A DNA stretch of 61,823 nt, counting the filler, from Dugesia japonica (lineage: Eukaryota), in assembly GCA_001938525.1 (NCBI GenBank). It is 6 parts of 6 records of this genome, joined end to end, with 100 filler letters (N's around TTAATTAATTAA, not from the genome) between each part and the next. Parts side by side here need not be neighbours in the genome. Positions count along the whole stretch, not along the records: positions 12,664 to 23,695 come from MQRL01596782.1; positions 23,796 to 33,055 come from MQRL01582819.1; 4 more parts are not named here. One strand, given 5' to 3'. The position numbers and the translations under genes were made by a program. Below are positions 12,750-25,085 of this stretch, piece after piece; within the stretch, counting starts at the first letter, position 1; every line of letters starts with the position of its first letter. A model generated the notes under the pieces. The model did not search any database, was not told where the DNA came from, and saw nothing but the letters and a program-made list of their open reading frames with translations.

Positions 12750-13260
12750 TTATGCGAGATTATTATATGTATAGTATAGTCTGTGGATGGTCAGAAAAAG
12801 ATTATGGTAATTTGATTGCCATTCTATCTAAAAGAAGCTGCTAGAAATGCGTACTGTCAGTTAGAGGTTTCGCAATTGGATACTTGGGCACATTGCAAAG
12901 ATGCATTAGCATAGATAATAATAGACAATTTCCAAAATTTGAGAAAAATAGCAATTTTCAACAAAACGCCTTAAAAAGGGCAGTGACATGTTTTAGATGT
13001 CAACTTAAAGGACATACCGCAAATCAATCACGTGCAAAATTGGATAATGGAGGAAATCGTGAAAACAAGAGAGAACAATACAATTTAATAATTTAAGACG
13101 AATTGGACATCTATCTAGAGATTGTTTCGCTCCTAAGTCGCGTAGTCCATCAACCTCTCCATCTCCGCAAAGCAACACATATTTTATTCATTATGGAATT
13201 CTAAAATATATCTGTGGTACAAATGTAGTCACAGTATTACCGGAACATTTAAAAGATGCA
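12750..13260 (+). mobile_element. Heavily deleted Ty3/Gypsy gag (zinc knuckle) plus RNase H scrap
   Basis: GWSEKDYG..., AVTCFRCQLKGHTANQSR (CCHC-type knuckle), YICGTNVVTVLPEH. Confidence 0.55.
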
Positions 13261-13599
13261 ATCATGTTACAGTAGCATGACGGTACCTTAGAAGTTAAAA
13301 TTTTAATAATTAGATTTAATCGCTTTATTTTTTAAATTATTTTAAATTCGAAGTTTTATATTTAAAAAATATATTTTTAATAAATATAATAAATTTGTTT
13401 AAATTTATTATTTATACAAAAATATAAATTGGGAAAGGCAAGTTTTGAAAAAAACGTTCAAAAAGAGCAAGACGAATTTAGAAAAAGAATTATTTGTATT
13501 TTAAATAAAGTATTGAATCAAAGGTCTTATTTTAGTTGACTTAAATGAAGAAGAAAACAAATAAAATTAACAATTCAGTCCAATGATTTCCAGAGCAAT

Positions 13600-15850
13600 T
13601 TCATTTTCTTCAATAAAGAAGAGCAATTTTAGTTTATGAGCTAATTTAAGCCATTTTTGACGTCCTTATTCTGATCCACCAGGATGCAGTAAAATTAGCT
13701 TTATCTTTAGGTGGGATAGTGTTGTTAAGCCAGTCTATACCTTTCTCAAATGAATATGTGTTATCGTTTCTGAATCTGTGTTTCCGGTATGCTCAAGTTC
13801 TCTAGTTGTAAACACTTTGAAACAATTATTTTGAGAAATAGGGATCCGGAAGGCATTTACTTTACTTTGGTTATAGTACTCATCGGTTAAAGGTTGCAAA
13901 CTTAATCCACCGAGATTAGATGGAACTTAGAGAAATGCACTGTAGTGACTGCTAATTGGAGCTTGAATTATGTTCTTTATTAATCTTTTAATAATCCTAT
14001 CGTATCCTGGTTGGCCTGTGTTTCGATCAACATTTTTGTAATGAAAGTTGTTCAGTTTCATATGGAAAATATCTCTATTCAGCATAGCGTAGATAATTCT
14101 TGAATTAATAACCATTTTGTACGCTTGGAATTTTAGTGATGGATGAAGATTGCTTTCTGTGATTTTTGCAAAGTCTTCTATGGCACTGTTGATGATGTCT
14201 TGAAGTTTGTATATTTACCTTCTTTAAATGGTACTCCTAAGTAATTGTAAAGGTTTTCTTCATTAATTCTTGGAATTGCTACATTGTAAATTTTGATATT
14301 GTAAGTTTCATTAAGGATTTCTTTAAGTTGGAAGAATCCACATTTGCTTGGTCTGAACTTGAGATGGCTTGAATCCGTAAAACTTATAATTTTGTTTATC
14401 ATATGATTCAATTGATTGTAATTGTTGGAGATAAATACAAAATCGTCTGCATTAACTAAAATAGCAACATCGTATCCATTAAGAGTTAGAGGAAATGCTT
14501 TTGAGGTTTCTCTAATAATGAAACCAATATTCAAGCTAAAAAGTATCAAAGACATAGGGCATCCGTGTTTGACTCTTTTGATGATTTTGATATCGCTTGT
14601 TGTTATGTCTAGACATTTGTAAGAAGAATAAACATCTCTGTATAACTCCTAAAGAAAATTAATGATTTCAGGGCAACTCATGAATATTTCCATAGGCGTC
14701 TGCCAGATCAAGCTAAGTGAGATTAAGTTTCCATTTCTCGCGCTCAGCTTTTTTCTAATTAATTTTATTGTAGCATTGTGCAGTGAGAATCATTCTGACA
14801 TGTTAACCGCATTTTGAGTTGGTGAGAGTAAGTTTTCTACGGAAATCCAACTGAGAATTCCGGTTTTCATGAAAACTGCAAATAACCGATATGAGGTATT
14901 TAAAATTGCTATAGGTTTCCAAGATGAGACTAGATGAGATTCCTCTTCTTTACCCGGTTTTAAGATTAGATTAGTAAAGAACGTTTTCCATTAATCAGGT
15001 ATATCCTTATTCTTTAGAATTCTTTAAATTAGAGTCAGTGATTGGGGTCAATTTTAAGCCAGTCTGACTAAGTAATTTTACCCCTCCCGGGTGATATTTT
15101 GAAATGCTGTTAAAAGCAGTTTTGGTTTTATTTAATGCTATTTCGTTGTAAGTGTGAAAATCGTCAAAAGCTCGAATATCAAGAAGTTTAAACTTATGTA
15201 TATTTACGTTCTCCGGCAGAATCTGAGTAAAATGATTGCTAATATTATTTTTAGTTGGCGTTGAGTCTGGAATTGTAGATTCAAGAATTTCATGAAATAC
15301 TTTCGAAGGGTTTTCATATATCTGCTCTAAAGTGGGGATTTAGATCCAGTTAGATCATCTCTAATCTTGTGGAAAGGGAGTTTTGCCCCTTTATTGATAA
15401 GCTTGTTAAGAACTCTTTTGAGTAGTTCTCTTGATGCTTTATTGAGCACTTTGTTTGTGTTCATTGTGCCGTCTCTAATTCTTATAATGAAAGAAGTCAT
15501 ATTTGGTTTCAAGTTGATGTTATTAGATGTACAAATCTCTTTAATATGATTGTTGACCATGGAGTTGATTTCCTGTTTATATTGGTTAATATCTGGAACA
15601 GTGAAGATTTTGTTATTGAGTAGACGTTTTTTAAAATGTTTCACAAAAACCTTACAACCATAGTCACCTCTTTGAGTAGGATGCTTGTATGATGTTTTGA
15701 TTGTTAAGTTTATGTTGTCTTTAGGATTGCAGAAATTATAAATTATTTTGTTAATCTTACCATAAAGATCTATCTGTTCAATTGAGAGGTATGGTGAAGC
15801 TGGGTCAATCAGGATGGATTCAACTTTATCTTTTATAACTGATTCTAAAT
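13600..15850 (-). mobile_element. R2-superfamily (NeSL/Utopia-like) non-LTR retrotransposon RT pseudogene
   Basis: SPGRGKIT*SDWLKIDP, WKTFFTNLILKPGK...SWKPIAILNTSYRLF, VKHGCPMSLILF, ILVNADDFVFIS, LKFRPSKC, YNYLGVPF, PSNLGGLSL. Confidence 0.85.
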
Positions 15851-15869
15851 CATTATGTACTCACTCAAA

Positions 15870-17170
15870 GTCTTTATATGGTCATTTTTTATTAAGAGCC
15901 TATCCATACAAATTGTTAATATATATATATATAAAAAATCTGTGTTTTCCCTTGTGTTGACATAATCTTTGTTCATAAATAAACTTCTACTCCACCTTCA
16001 AAAAAGGTTAACATGCCGTTGTCCATCAACAATTTTACCGGTTCCTACAATGACATCAAGACTGATGCTCAAATTGTACTTGATATGCCAAAGAAATTCA
16101 ATAGTTCCAATTTGTTGTGCGATATATATTTCAATCTGAGCATTTTTAAGAAATCTGCCAATAAATAAACATCCAATTTCAAATAAACTAGCATATAGTC
16201 CAGAAGGTTCTTACAATCGGTAATTCTCCTCATTTCTAAAGCTTTCTCATACTCTTCATCTGTGATTTCATTCCGTTTTGGAGGCATTTCTGTTGTTTTA
16301 ACCAGAACTTGTAAACTGGTTGCATAGTTGTATGGAAATGCCCCCTTTGACGTTGTAATTCTTCTATCTTTAAATTCCTTTAACGTCAAAGGTTTCTCTT
16401 TTAAGGACTTTTCCTCTGAATCCAATGAAAAATTTATAAACTGGTATGAATCTATAAACTTAATTACTAGTAATTTAGTTTCATGCACTACTAAGCATAG
16501 AAACCTGTTCGTTTTTGTTGGAATACAATTTATTTATTTATTCCATATTTCAAGATATGACAAAAATCATACCCTCTTAAATTGTGAAATACAGCAGGTA
16601 TTTGCATTTTCAATTTTCTGCTCAAATAATATTTAGAGCATGCTGCGGCCAAATACTGACCAGTAAAGTGATCATGATCATGAACTGGCGCAGACAATGT
16701 GTTCTTACACAAATAACAATTTGTGGCTGCAGCAAACGATGCTTCTTGTGCTTTTGATATTAAAATTTACTGCTTTGTTCCTAATATGGAGTCACCTTAA
16801 TCTTATTTATTTCTTGACTTTTCTTCAATAATTCATATATACAGTTATCGCCAATAAACTATCCATGATGTTGTGTTAGTAAAATTATTTACTAATAAAG
16901 GTCCTGTGAAACCGGCCTATGTCTTTGAAAATATACGTAATCTAATCGTAAAACTGATTTAAAATAAGCATATATGACTATTGGTGGTCTCATGTATTAG
17001 AAAAATCACTCAACTCCAAAGTTTCATTTGACTGCATTGTATATAATGCTATTCCAGTTTGAATTTGTTCGCAAATTACAAGATGCTTCTCAAAAGCTAT
17101 TTCCTTTGAAAATCCATTTAAACAATTTTGATACCATATAGATTAAATTCTCGTGCCATTTCTTTATGCC
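15870..17170 (-). mobile_element. Polinton/adintovirus protein-primed DNA polymerase B pseudogene fragment
   Basis: HDHDHFTGQYLAAACSK (endonuclease VII-like Zn module), PAVFHNLRGYD, FIDSYQF, KGAFPYNY, CKNLLDYMLVYLKLDVYLLADF, NNLYG*AL. Confidence 0.88.
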
Positions 17171-17379
17171 ATTTCTTCTATCATAGCAATTTGTATAAAT
17201 AAACAAAAACCAATTGTCTAAAAAATCCAATATTAAATCAAAATTATATAATTTCGATTTAATTGTAAATTCACTTTATTCTAACATATATATAAGTGTA
17301 TATATATATATATACCAATACAAATCTAATTACAATTACTAATACAGATACAATTTATAAAATATTAAAATAATCTAAT

Positions 17380-17940
17380 TAACTACAAATCTTTACAATA
17401 ATGTTGAGGCTTTCTTTCAATTAATAAGTAAAGGGAAGAAAGTCTAGGTTTACAATATATTTCTGAAGTGAATCTAATGTTGCTAGGCAACGAATTCATA
17501 TAGTTTAGAAATGGATCAATATCTACTTGGTTACTAAAAACCAGAAATATTTCACCAATATAGCGATTATACACGTGTGGTTTATTTCCAATAAATAAAT
17601 CAATCATTTCCTCAATATTTGAAAAAAAACAAAGACACTAACGTAGGAGGAAGAGGTGAACCCATGCCGACTCCATTGACTTGTTTTTAGCATTTATCAT
17701 TAAACAAAAAATTATATTAGACGTCGTTAAGCTAAAAAGTTTTCTAAAGGTAGTCACACTTAACAAATTATGCTCAAATATATTTTTCTCCCATAATTCA
17801 CTACAAGCATTAATAGTTACATCTAATGAAACCTTTGTAAATAAACTAACAACTTCAAAATATACCATATATTCAGTACTACTAACAACTTCAGAATTAG
17901 AAAAATAAATTACAGAAATCAAACTACCGTATAATTGAAT
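17380..17940 (-). mobile_element. Penelope-like element RT fragment
   Basis: MVYFEVVSLFTKVSL, GVGMGSPLPP, YNRYIGEIF (YxDD decayed), FLNYMNSLPSNIRFTSE. Confidence 0.85.
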
Positions 17941-19199
17941 TTTTTAAAAGCACTAATAATTTGCACACGTGCTGGACTTCTAGGCTTTGGGTGTTAGAAC
18001 TTGCAATCTTTTGTTATTACTCTTGGATATCGTATGGAATCCTTTTCTTAAACCGTGTCGTTGTGTAAGCATTTTAATTTTCTAGTCGAGAAGATGACCT
18101 AGAAGTCACAGGATTTGCACTAATACTTTTCCCGGATCCAGCAGGTCGTCGCTGTAACTCGTCTTTCAACGTTTGATCATATCTACGTGGTGATATTTTT
18201 TACGTTAATCAACTAAATCATTTAATTCTGAAATTCAAGTTACACTATACATTTAATTTTAATCAAAACATGTACATGATACAAACAAGAATTATTGCAA
18301 ATGTCAATTGTAACCCCTGAATCTACTCATACGCTCTCANNNNNNNNNNNNTTTTTTATTCTGGCTTGCATCGTTCAAGATGTCTAATTCTGCAGGGTCT
18401 GTAAGCGTTTGCAACCGTTGGTCAGTATGACTTCTACATAAGGAGATCACACTAGCGACTAAGCTGTCCTAACTATTGGCATATATCTCTATCACGTCCG
18501 CCAACAATTCATCCATCATCCATTGATCTAATTTCTTCTCTCACAGAAGTCTATTCTTCTCGAACTATTGATTGTTCTGTTGTCACATGGTCATGATTTC
18601 TATAATCAAACGGGTGGATCTTGGTTTTCTCCGTTCTGCCTGCTAGGCTTCTTCAACCTCCATGGTTTTTGATGCAGCACTGCGATTCACTTAAGATTAA
18701 ATCGATTTCAATTAATCAATCAATTTAATTAAATTATTAAAAGGAAATTTTTTGATTTAAATTAGGCCTATTTTTTACAAAACAAAATTAAAACCTGGAA
18801 CAGCAAAATAGTGAACTCAAATATGACTATTATACATGAATTAGACTGAAATAATAAATATCAAACAATAAAATCTTACTAGACTTATTTTATGATTCTA
18901 ACTACGATTCTATTATCGCAATAAAGCATCAAATAGTCAAAAAGTCAAACAATATTTTCGGCGTCAAAATAAGTTTATTAAAAGTTTTTTTTATGCAAAA
19001 GATATGCGGATGATAAAGCTTGAAAATAATTGCTTTAACTTATATGGCTATATCTTTTGCTGGTGGAAAGTGCAAAAATTTTATTGTGTCCCAAGCGCCG
19101 GTTAAACAGAAATTTAAAATTCATTAACTGTTAAATCAAAAAATTTCATTTTGATAATGTATTAACTTATTCTTATTCCTTTAACAAAAATTTTTAACT

Positions 19200-20280
19200 T
19201 GATGTGTTGACTGACAAAAATGGATTTCGTACCGAATCATACTCTTCAACATTTAATGCGGATAAATACTTTACAACTTTTACTTCTTATACTCCCACAT
19301 GTTGGATAATGATAGGAATTATTTAATTGATATTATTATTTTGTCTACTCTCCTATTTTGAATTATGCGTCTTCTCAAATACGAAATTGTTTTTTGAAAT
19401 GCTAACAGTTTATCAGTGGATGTTAAAATATTTTCATTTTTACCTGGCATACTTGTATTCACGGTATTTAAATAATTAAAAATATCGCCCAAATATGCCA
19501 TTTTATTCACAGAATATCGTCTGCGCAAAAAGTTTTAAAAATATCTTTAACGTCATTTTCAAAAAAAAATTTATTCTTAAATTCCAGAATTTGGCTCACC
19601 ACTTTTTCATGTGATAGCCGAAGTACTTTAGTATGCAAAAGTAAAGATTCGTACTGAGCGTTCATCGACACACAAAAATTTGTAAATAATTGTGTTTGTA
19701 AAAGTCGAGATTTTGTGTAATTTACTATGTTTACCACCTGGTCTAACACGGATTTTAATGTGGCAGGTAAAACTTTTCATACGAGTGATTCTCGATGTAA
19801 AACACAGTGTGTTGAGATTATATTTCCATTTTTCTTTTTGGCAATATCAATAAATCCTTTAAAAGAGCCGACCATTGAAAATGTACCACCAGTGCAGATT
19901 CCTACACATTTTTTCTACGTTATTTGAAATTTATCCAAATTTGACAAAATAGATTCAAAAGTATCACTTCCGTAAGTTGTCTGCAGCATAAAAATTCATT
20001 AAATATTTCATTTTCATTAATCCTATCAGATGAGCTTTCACGCTGATTTCATTAGACTCATCAATTTACATACCAAAATATTGTTCTTAAATTTTTTATT
20101 AACTTTTTTCTCAAAATCACTTGATATATACAAAATTATTTTTTTATTATGTCGTCCGAAAGAGGAATTTTCATAATTTCCATTTTTGCATCATCACCAA
20201 ACCTTAATTGAACACTTTCAGAACATGCTCGTAAAATCAGATTTTCTGCTATGGTGTGTGGTTTTATGTGTGAAGCATTG
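19200..20280 (-). mobile_element. hAT Buster/Charlie (ZBED5/SCAND3-like) transposase pseudogene
   Basis: KPHTIAENLIL...KIPLSDDII, STHCVLHRES, VVNIVNYTKSRLLQTQLF..ESLLLHTKVLRLS, AYLGDIFNYLN. Confidence 0.9.
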
Positions 20281-21249
20281 ATGATTAGATCAATTGATCC
20301 AAAAATTAATGTTCAAACTGGTCTTTCTAAATTTTTATTGAATGTTTTTAATTAATTTTATTTATTGGATAGATTGCATATAAACAATCAGAACTTTTTA
20401 TAAATAAGCATTTAAAAAACAATAACAAAGAATTTAAAAAAAAAAAGAATTAAATTATTATATCAAAAGATGACAAATATTCTGTCAAAACAGGAAATAC
20501 GAAAATATTCTATCTAAATTATTTTAGAACTTAAAAATTATTTTTTCAAAAACCATTGATCTTTCAATAAATAAATTCAATTTTCATTTCAAAAAATATT
20601 TTAATAAGCAAATATCCAAGTTGCTGTTCTTTTATTTTCAATATTTTGGCATAGCCTTCTTTAGGAACTATGCCGAAATATTGAAATTTAAAGAACAGCA
20701 ACTTTGATCTACGATTGTTAAAAAAATTGTATTTCAAAAATTAGTCATCTATGAGCACATTACAAATGCTCTTCAACTTATTTATTTAACTATCATTTAA
20801 CCGTGGACTACTTTTTAATTGTTCATGAAAGAATTATTTATGTTGTGAATGACTTGTTCTGTATTCAATCAAGCGAATTTATAGGTAAAAATTTTCTTTG
20901 AAATGGTTTTGAAAGTTAATTTTATCATTTAGCAAATCCACGAAAAAGAAATTTAAATTAATCAAAGCAATACAAAGATTACAGTTATGTTTAACGAAAA
21001 TAGATTTTTTTCTTTAAGTCTTTATGTATATTATTTTCGTTGCACGGGTGTATTAAAACGCACAAGAAAAATTCTAATATCCAACCAGGGAGAATTTTTA
21101 TAGCATGTTGGAAGAAAATATATTTGTATTTAATTTGTGTGTGTAGCTATTTTGATTTTACGTTTTTAAAATTTTTGTTTTCTAAATATTTTCAAGTTTA
21201 TCAGTGTTAGAGAATATAATAACAGTTTTCAATAAAACCAAAAAACCGT

Positions 21250-22370
21250 CTAAAAACCCGACGGTAAATTTTCCGGGAATTTAAATACATGAAAAAATTT
21301 AAAAGTCAAATTTTGTCTTCGAAGAAACGTTAAATTAATTTTCATCAACTAAAACCTTCATATTCTCAAACTAATATTCAAATTCCAAATGTGCATTAAA
21401 CATATTCAATGTGTGCAAGCATGTGTGCTGTATGAACAATTTAGTTATATTATACAACTTTTGCAAGTCATACCACAACTAGATGAAAATGTTTATTTGG
21501 CATGTTGGAATAGCTGCTGACATTCAAAAAATTGTGTTCACAAAGCTCTAATTGACATAAATTCAAATGTGCAATTTCCAGACTACGAAATAATACTCTT
21601 GATACAGTCTGAGACGCACTCCATCTTGTCAAGGTTATTGTAGAAAACTTTGCTCTCTCAATATTGATTTGTACGCTGCCGAAGTCGCACTAAAATCCAT
21701 GTTGGGCGAGTTGAGTTCTATTATGAGTAACGCCTGTAAAGATAGTTTAATTGTATTTATTAAGCAGCGGAAAACAAACAATTCAAGTATTTTCTATGTG
21801 AATACTCCTAAAAATCAATTAACTGGAGAAACTGATTACATTTTTAACAAGAAAAACAAAACAGAAATCGCCAAAACAATTTCAAAGCTTATTCAAAGGA
21901 CAGAAGATTGCACGAATAACAACACTATTGTACCGGCTGAATTAGTTAAACCAAACCAAAGTTTGCTAACATTGAAAAAATAGACTCGATTTGGCAATGA
22001 AACGTAAACAACAGCTACCATCGTTAAATTTGGATGAAAACCAAAAACAAGGGATCTTGTCAAAATAATAAAGCTTGAAATGGACTATTTTGAAATTGTA
22101 AATGTTTGAATATTTAAACACAATTCAACCTATAAATGTGGAATTAGAACAATTTTCAGCGGTTGGATTATTTTGTACAGAAATACCCTGGAGACTGAAT
22201 GACGAAACGTTGGACGTCTTGTGTTTATTACGGGCACACATTTTAAGAATACGAACTGACTACTAATTAATTAACTGAATAAAAAACAATAATTTTCACG
22301 AAAGGATTTTCCAATTTTTTTTATATTTAGCGGTTTACCGAAAATCTTTCAAAAAATTACCAGTAAATTG
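21250..22370 (+). mobile_element. Degenerate hAT element
   Basis: C-terminal motif IQPINVELEQFSAVGLFCTEIPWRLNDETLDVLCLLRAH. ORF 21669-21983 remnant. cggtaaa/tttaccg subterminal motifs in inverted orientation at the two ends. Confidence 0.7.
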
Positions 22371-22477
22371 TATTTCATAATCAGAATAAATATTTATTCA
22401 TTAATTTACTTGTTATTTTGTCTTTTTAATTGAATCATAAATGATAAAAATAATTTAATTGGAATTAATTAAGAATT

Positions 22478-22900
22478 AAATAATTAATAATTAAATAATA
22501 ATTAATTAAATAATTAATAATTAAATAATTAATAATTAAATAATTAAATAATTAAATAATTAATAATTAAATTAATAATTAACAATTAAATAATTAAATA
22601 ATTAATAATTAAATAATTAATAATTAAATAATTAAATAATTAAATAATTAATAATTAAATAATTAATAATTAAATAATTAATAATTAAAGAATTAATAAT
22701 TAAATAATTAAATAATTAATAATTAAATAATTAATAATTAAATAATTAATAATTAAATAATTAATAATTAAATAATTAANNNNNNNNNNNNNNNNNNNNN
22801 NNNNNNNNNNNNNNNNNNNNNNAATAATTAAATAATTAATAATTAAATAATTAATAATTAAATAATTAATAATTAAATAATTAATAATTAAATAATTAAT
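22478..22900. repeat. AT-only satellite, 15-bp unit (AATAATTAATAATTA)n with 8-bp variants
   Basis: Directly visible tandem array spanning an N gap. Confidence 0.95.
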
Positions 22901-23356
22901 AGTGGAAATTGAATTTATATTTTATTGAGTACCTTCGGAAATCTTAGTCGGATGAGGAGGAAATGCATTGTAATTTGTATTTAATTCTAATTGAAATATA
23001 TTTTTCTACCCCCATTAACAGGTAAAACCTATTCCAAGTTACCAATAAATTGAAAGCTCGTTTTGTTATCTGTTTTGAGGTGAGATTCACCTCGACGTTC
23101 CAATGTGATTATTTGAGTGTTTATGTTAGTCGGTAGATACCGCGCAATGGAACAAAGATACAATTTGTAAAACACTAAATTTCTGGAACACTTTGTCAGC
23201 TGGGAGAAGTAGAAAATGTTTGTTCGAGTTCCCCAATGTCTGCCTGCTAATGTTGATAAAATTTATTAGAAATTCAGTGAAATATTTTCTAGTAATGAAG
23301 ACAACAACACAATACTATTTAATCAATAATGACAATGATTAAAGGAAGAACAAGCA

Positions 23357-23638
23357 TCATTTATGGGCTGCATCTGACAAGACTTGTTGGGCATCCAATT
23401 CTCTGAAATAAATTTCATGCTGACTCTCAACCAATGATTCTTGTATCATTCGAATGTCATTCTCCAATTTCGATCTCATCTCCTTTTTCAATCGCAACAG
23501 AGCCTGCATGATAACATCAAGACAATTAAGATCAAATTTCATATAATAATGACCAGCTCTTGAGATTTGTCTTGAAGATTTATTTGATTTCGCTCCTTTC
23601 GCAATGAATCAGCCAACATAGCAAATCTATCTCGATAA
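23357..23638 (-). CDS. CEP95: Last two exons of a centrosomal protein 95 (CCDC45)-like gene, 5' truncated by the contig end
   Basis: Exon 23638-23554 reads YRDRFAMLADSLRKERNQINLQDKSQEL. A 50-bp GT-AG intron lies at 23553-23504. Exon 23503-23357 reads ALLRLKKEMRSKLENDIRMIQESLVESQHEIYFRELDAQQV...*. This resembles the vertebrate CEP95 C-terminus as recalled from memory (YKDQFSLLAEA...KRELRSKMEKEI...FFRELEA). Confidence 0.72.
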
Positions 23639-23695
23639 CTGGAAACAGAAATGAACTTATAATTCAGGTCAGAATACCAAATTTATCTACACGTT

Positions 23696-23795
23696 NNNNN
23701 NNNNNNNNNNNNNNNNNNNNNNNNNNNNNNNNNNNNNNNTTAATTAATTAANNNNNNNNNNNNNNNNNNNNNNNNNNNNNNNNNNNNNNNNNNNN
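23696..23795. other. Artificial scaffold-joining spacer
   Basis: 44N-TTAATTAATTAA-44N. Confidence 0.95.
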
Positions 23796-24595
23796 TATTG
23801 AAGTCATGTTTGGTTTCCAAGCTCATTTAAACTACCGATATAAGACTTGAACATGTTCCGCGTCGATAATTGATCTATGACACATAATTCCTACAAATAG
23901 TCACGAAGTTGATGAATTTGTGATTCCCCTGTTCATATTCCTGTTAAAGTGGTATGAAATTCTGTCAGACAGAAATATTAACAGCGGTCTTGTCAAATAA
24001 ATAGCGAAAGTTTNNNNNNNNNTAAAGAATCCAGATGAACTCACAAATATGTAACAGTAACAACAAGATAAGAGAATTTAGTTAATTGTTTCTCAAATGT
24101 TTTCTTATTCTACTTTCTTCATTTTATTGGGAATTGATGAACACGTTCCGGAAAACTTATCATATGAAAATAGATTTTTGAAACGCTTCGGGTTGTCCAA
24201 GAACATCAAGAAATAATGGTTCTTTTATTAATTGCCGTATTTCCTATCTCATCGCCTCGTCGTGAAAGTGTTATAGTTTGCTATTGTTTACTTTAGGATC
24301 TTTGTTATTTCCTAAGAATTGTTTCACTTATTGTTATATATTTATGTCTTAACAACAGTTGTAGATAATGACTTTATTCGAGGCACGAATAAAACTGAAC
24401 CAAACCTAGTTTTATAAATTATTCACAAATTAAAATTCTTCTTTAAGTATCGGTACAGTGTTATATTCTAATTTTAAACAAGAATCAATATATACTTATA
24501 GAATTAATTTATAGAAATTATAAACAAGAAACAAATAATAATTGTCTGTAGAGTACCATTTAAAAGATTGTAAGATAGTTTTTAAAGGCTCATCT

Positions 24596-25085
24596 AAATT
24601 TTTTGTATTTTGAAACGGAATTTATTTAAATATTTATTAAATATTTAAATTAAATCATTAAAATAATTTGTAAAATAAATTTTAAAGTTTATTTATGTAC
24701 AGAAAGCGAATGTTAAATTTATAATTTGTGTTAAATATAAAATTTTCAATTTACAATGTATATTAAAATTTTGAAATTTTTATAATTATATTATAATGAA
24801 TAAAATTATCAAATTTCTGATTTTCATCAAAATAAATTCATTTTTTGTATTTTTGTATTTTGATATTTTTAAATTTTACGTTATTAAAATTTAAAATAAA
24901 TTTACCTAATGAAATATTTTTCAAAATGCTGATATTTTCTATGTTTCGTTTCGAAGTTAAAATATTTGAATTTGTTTGAAAAAAACAAATTTATATGATT
25001 TTATTTTGTGAATAAATCTTTTATGGAAACAAGTTTTGGAATTAATTATCCGATGAGTACTTCAAACTCGTCTTACAAAGATATG
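24596..25085 (+). mobile_element. Truncated copy of the 5' region of the mariner at 42014-43511
   Basis: Collinear similarity with 42026-42590, from ttttgtattttgaaac(g/a)gaatttatt to tact(t/c)caaactc. Confidence 0.6.

Noticed and set aside
22930-23330. Additional exons downstream of the CEP95-like stop
   Set aside because: No open, phase-consistent frame or homology; could simply be 3' UTR.
23796-24200. Second Penelope tail with a hammerhead (ttgatga...gaaacgcttcgg)
   Set aside because: Core is mutated, stems cannot be paired convincingly, and the protein signal is too weak to call.
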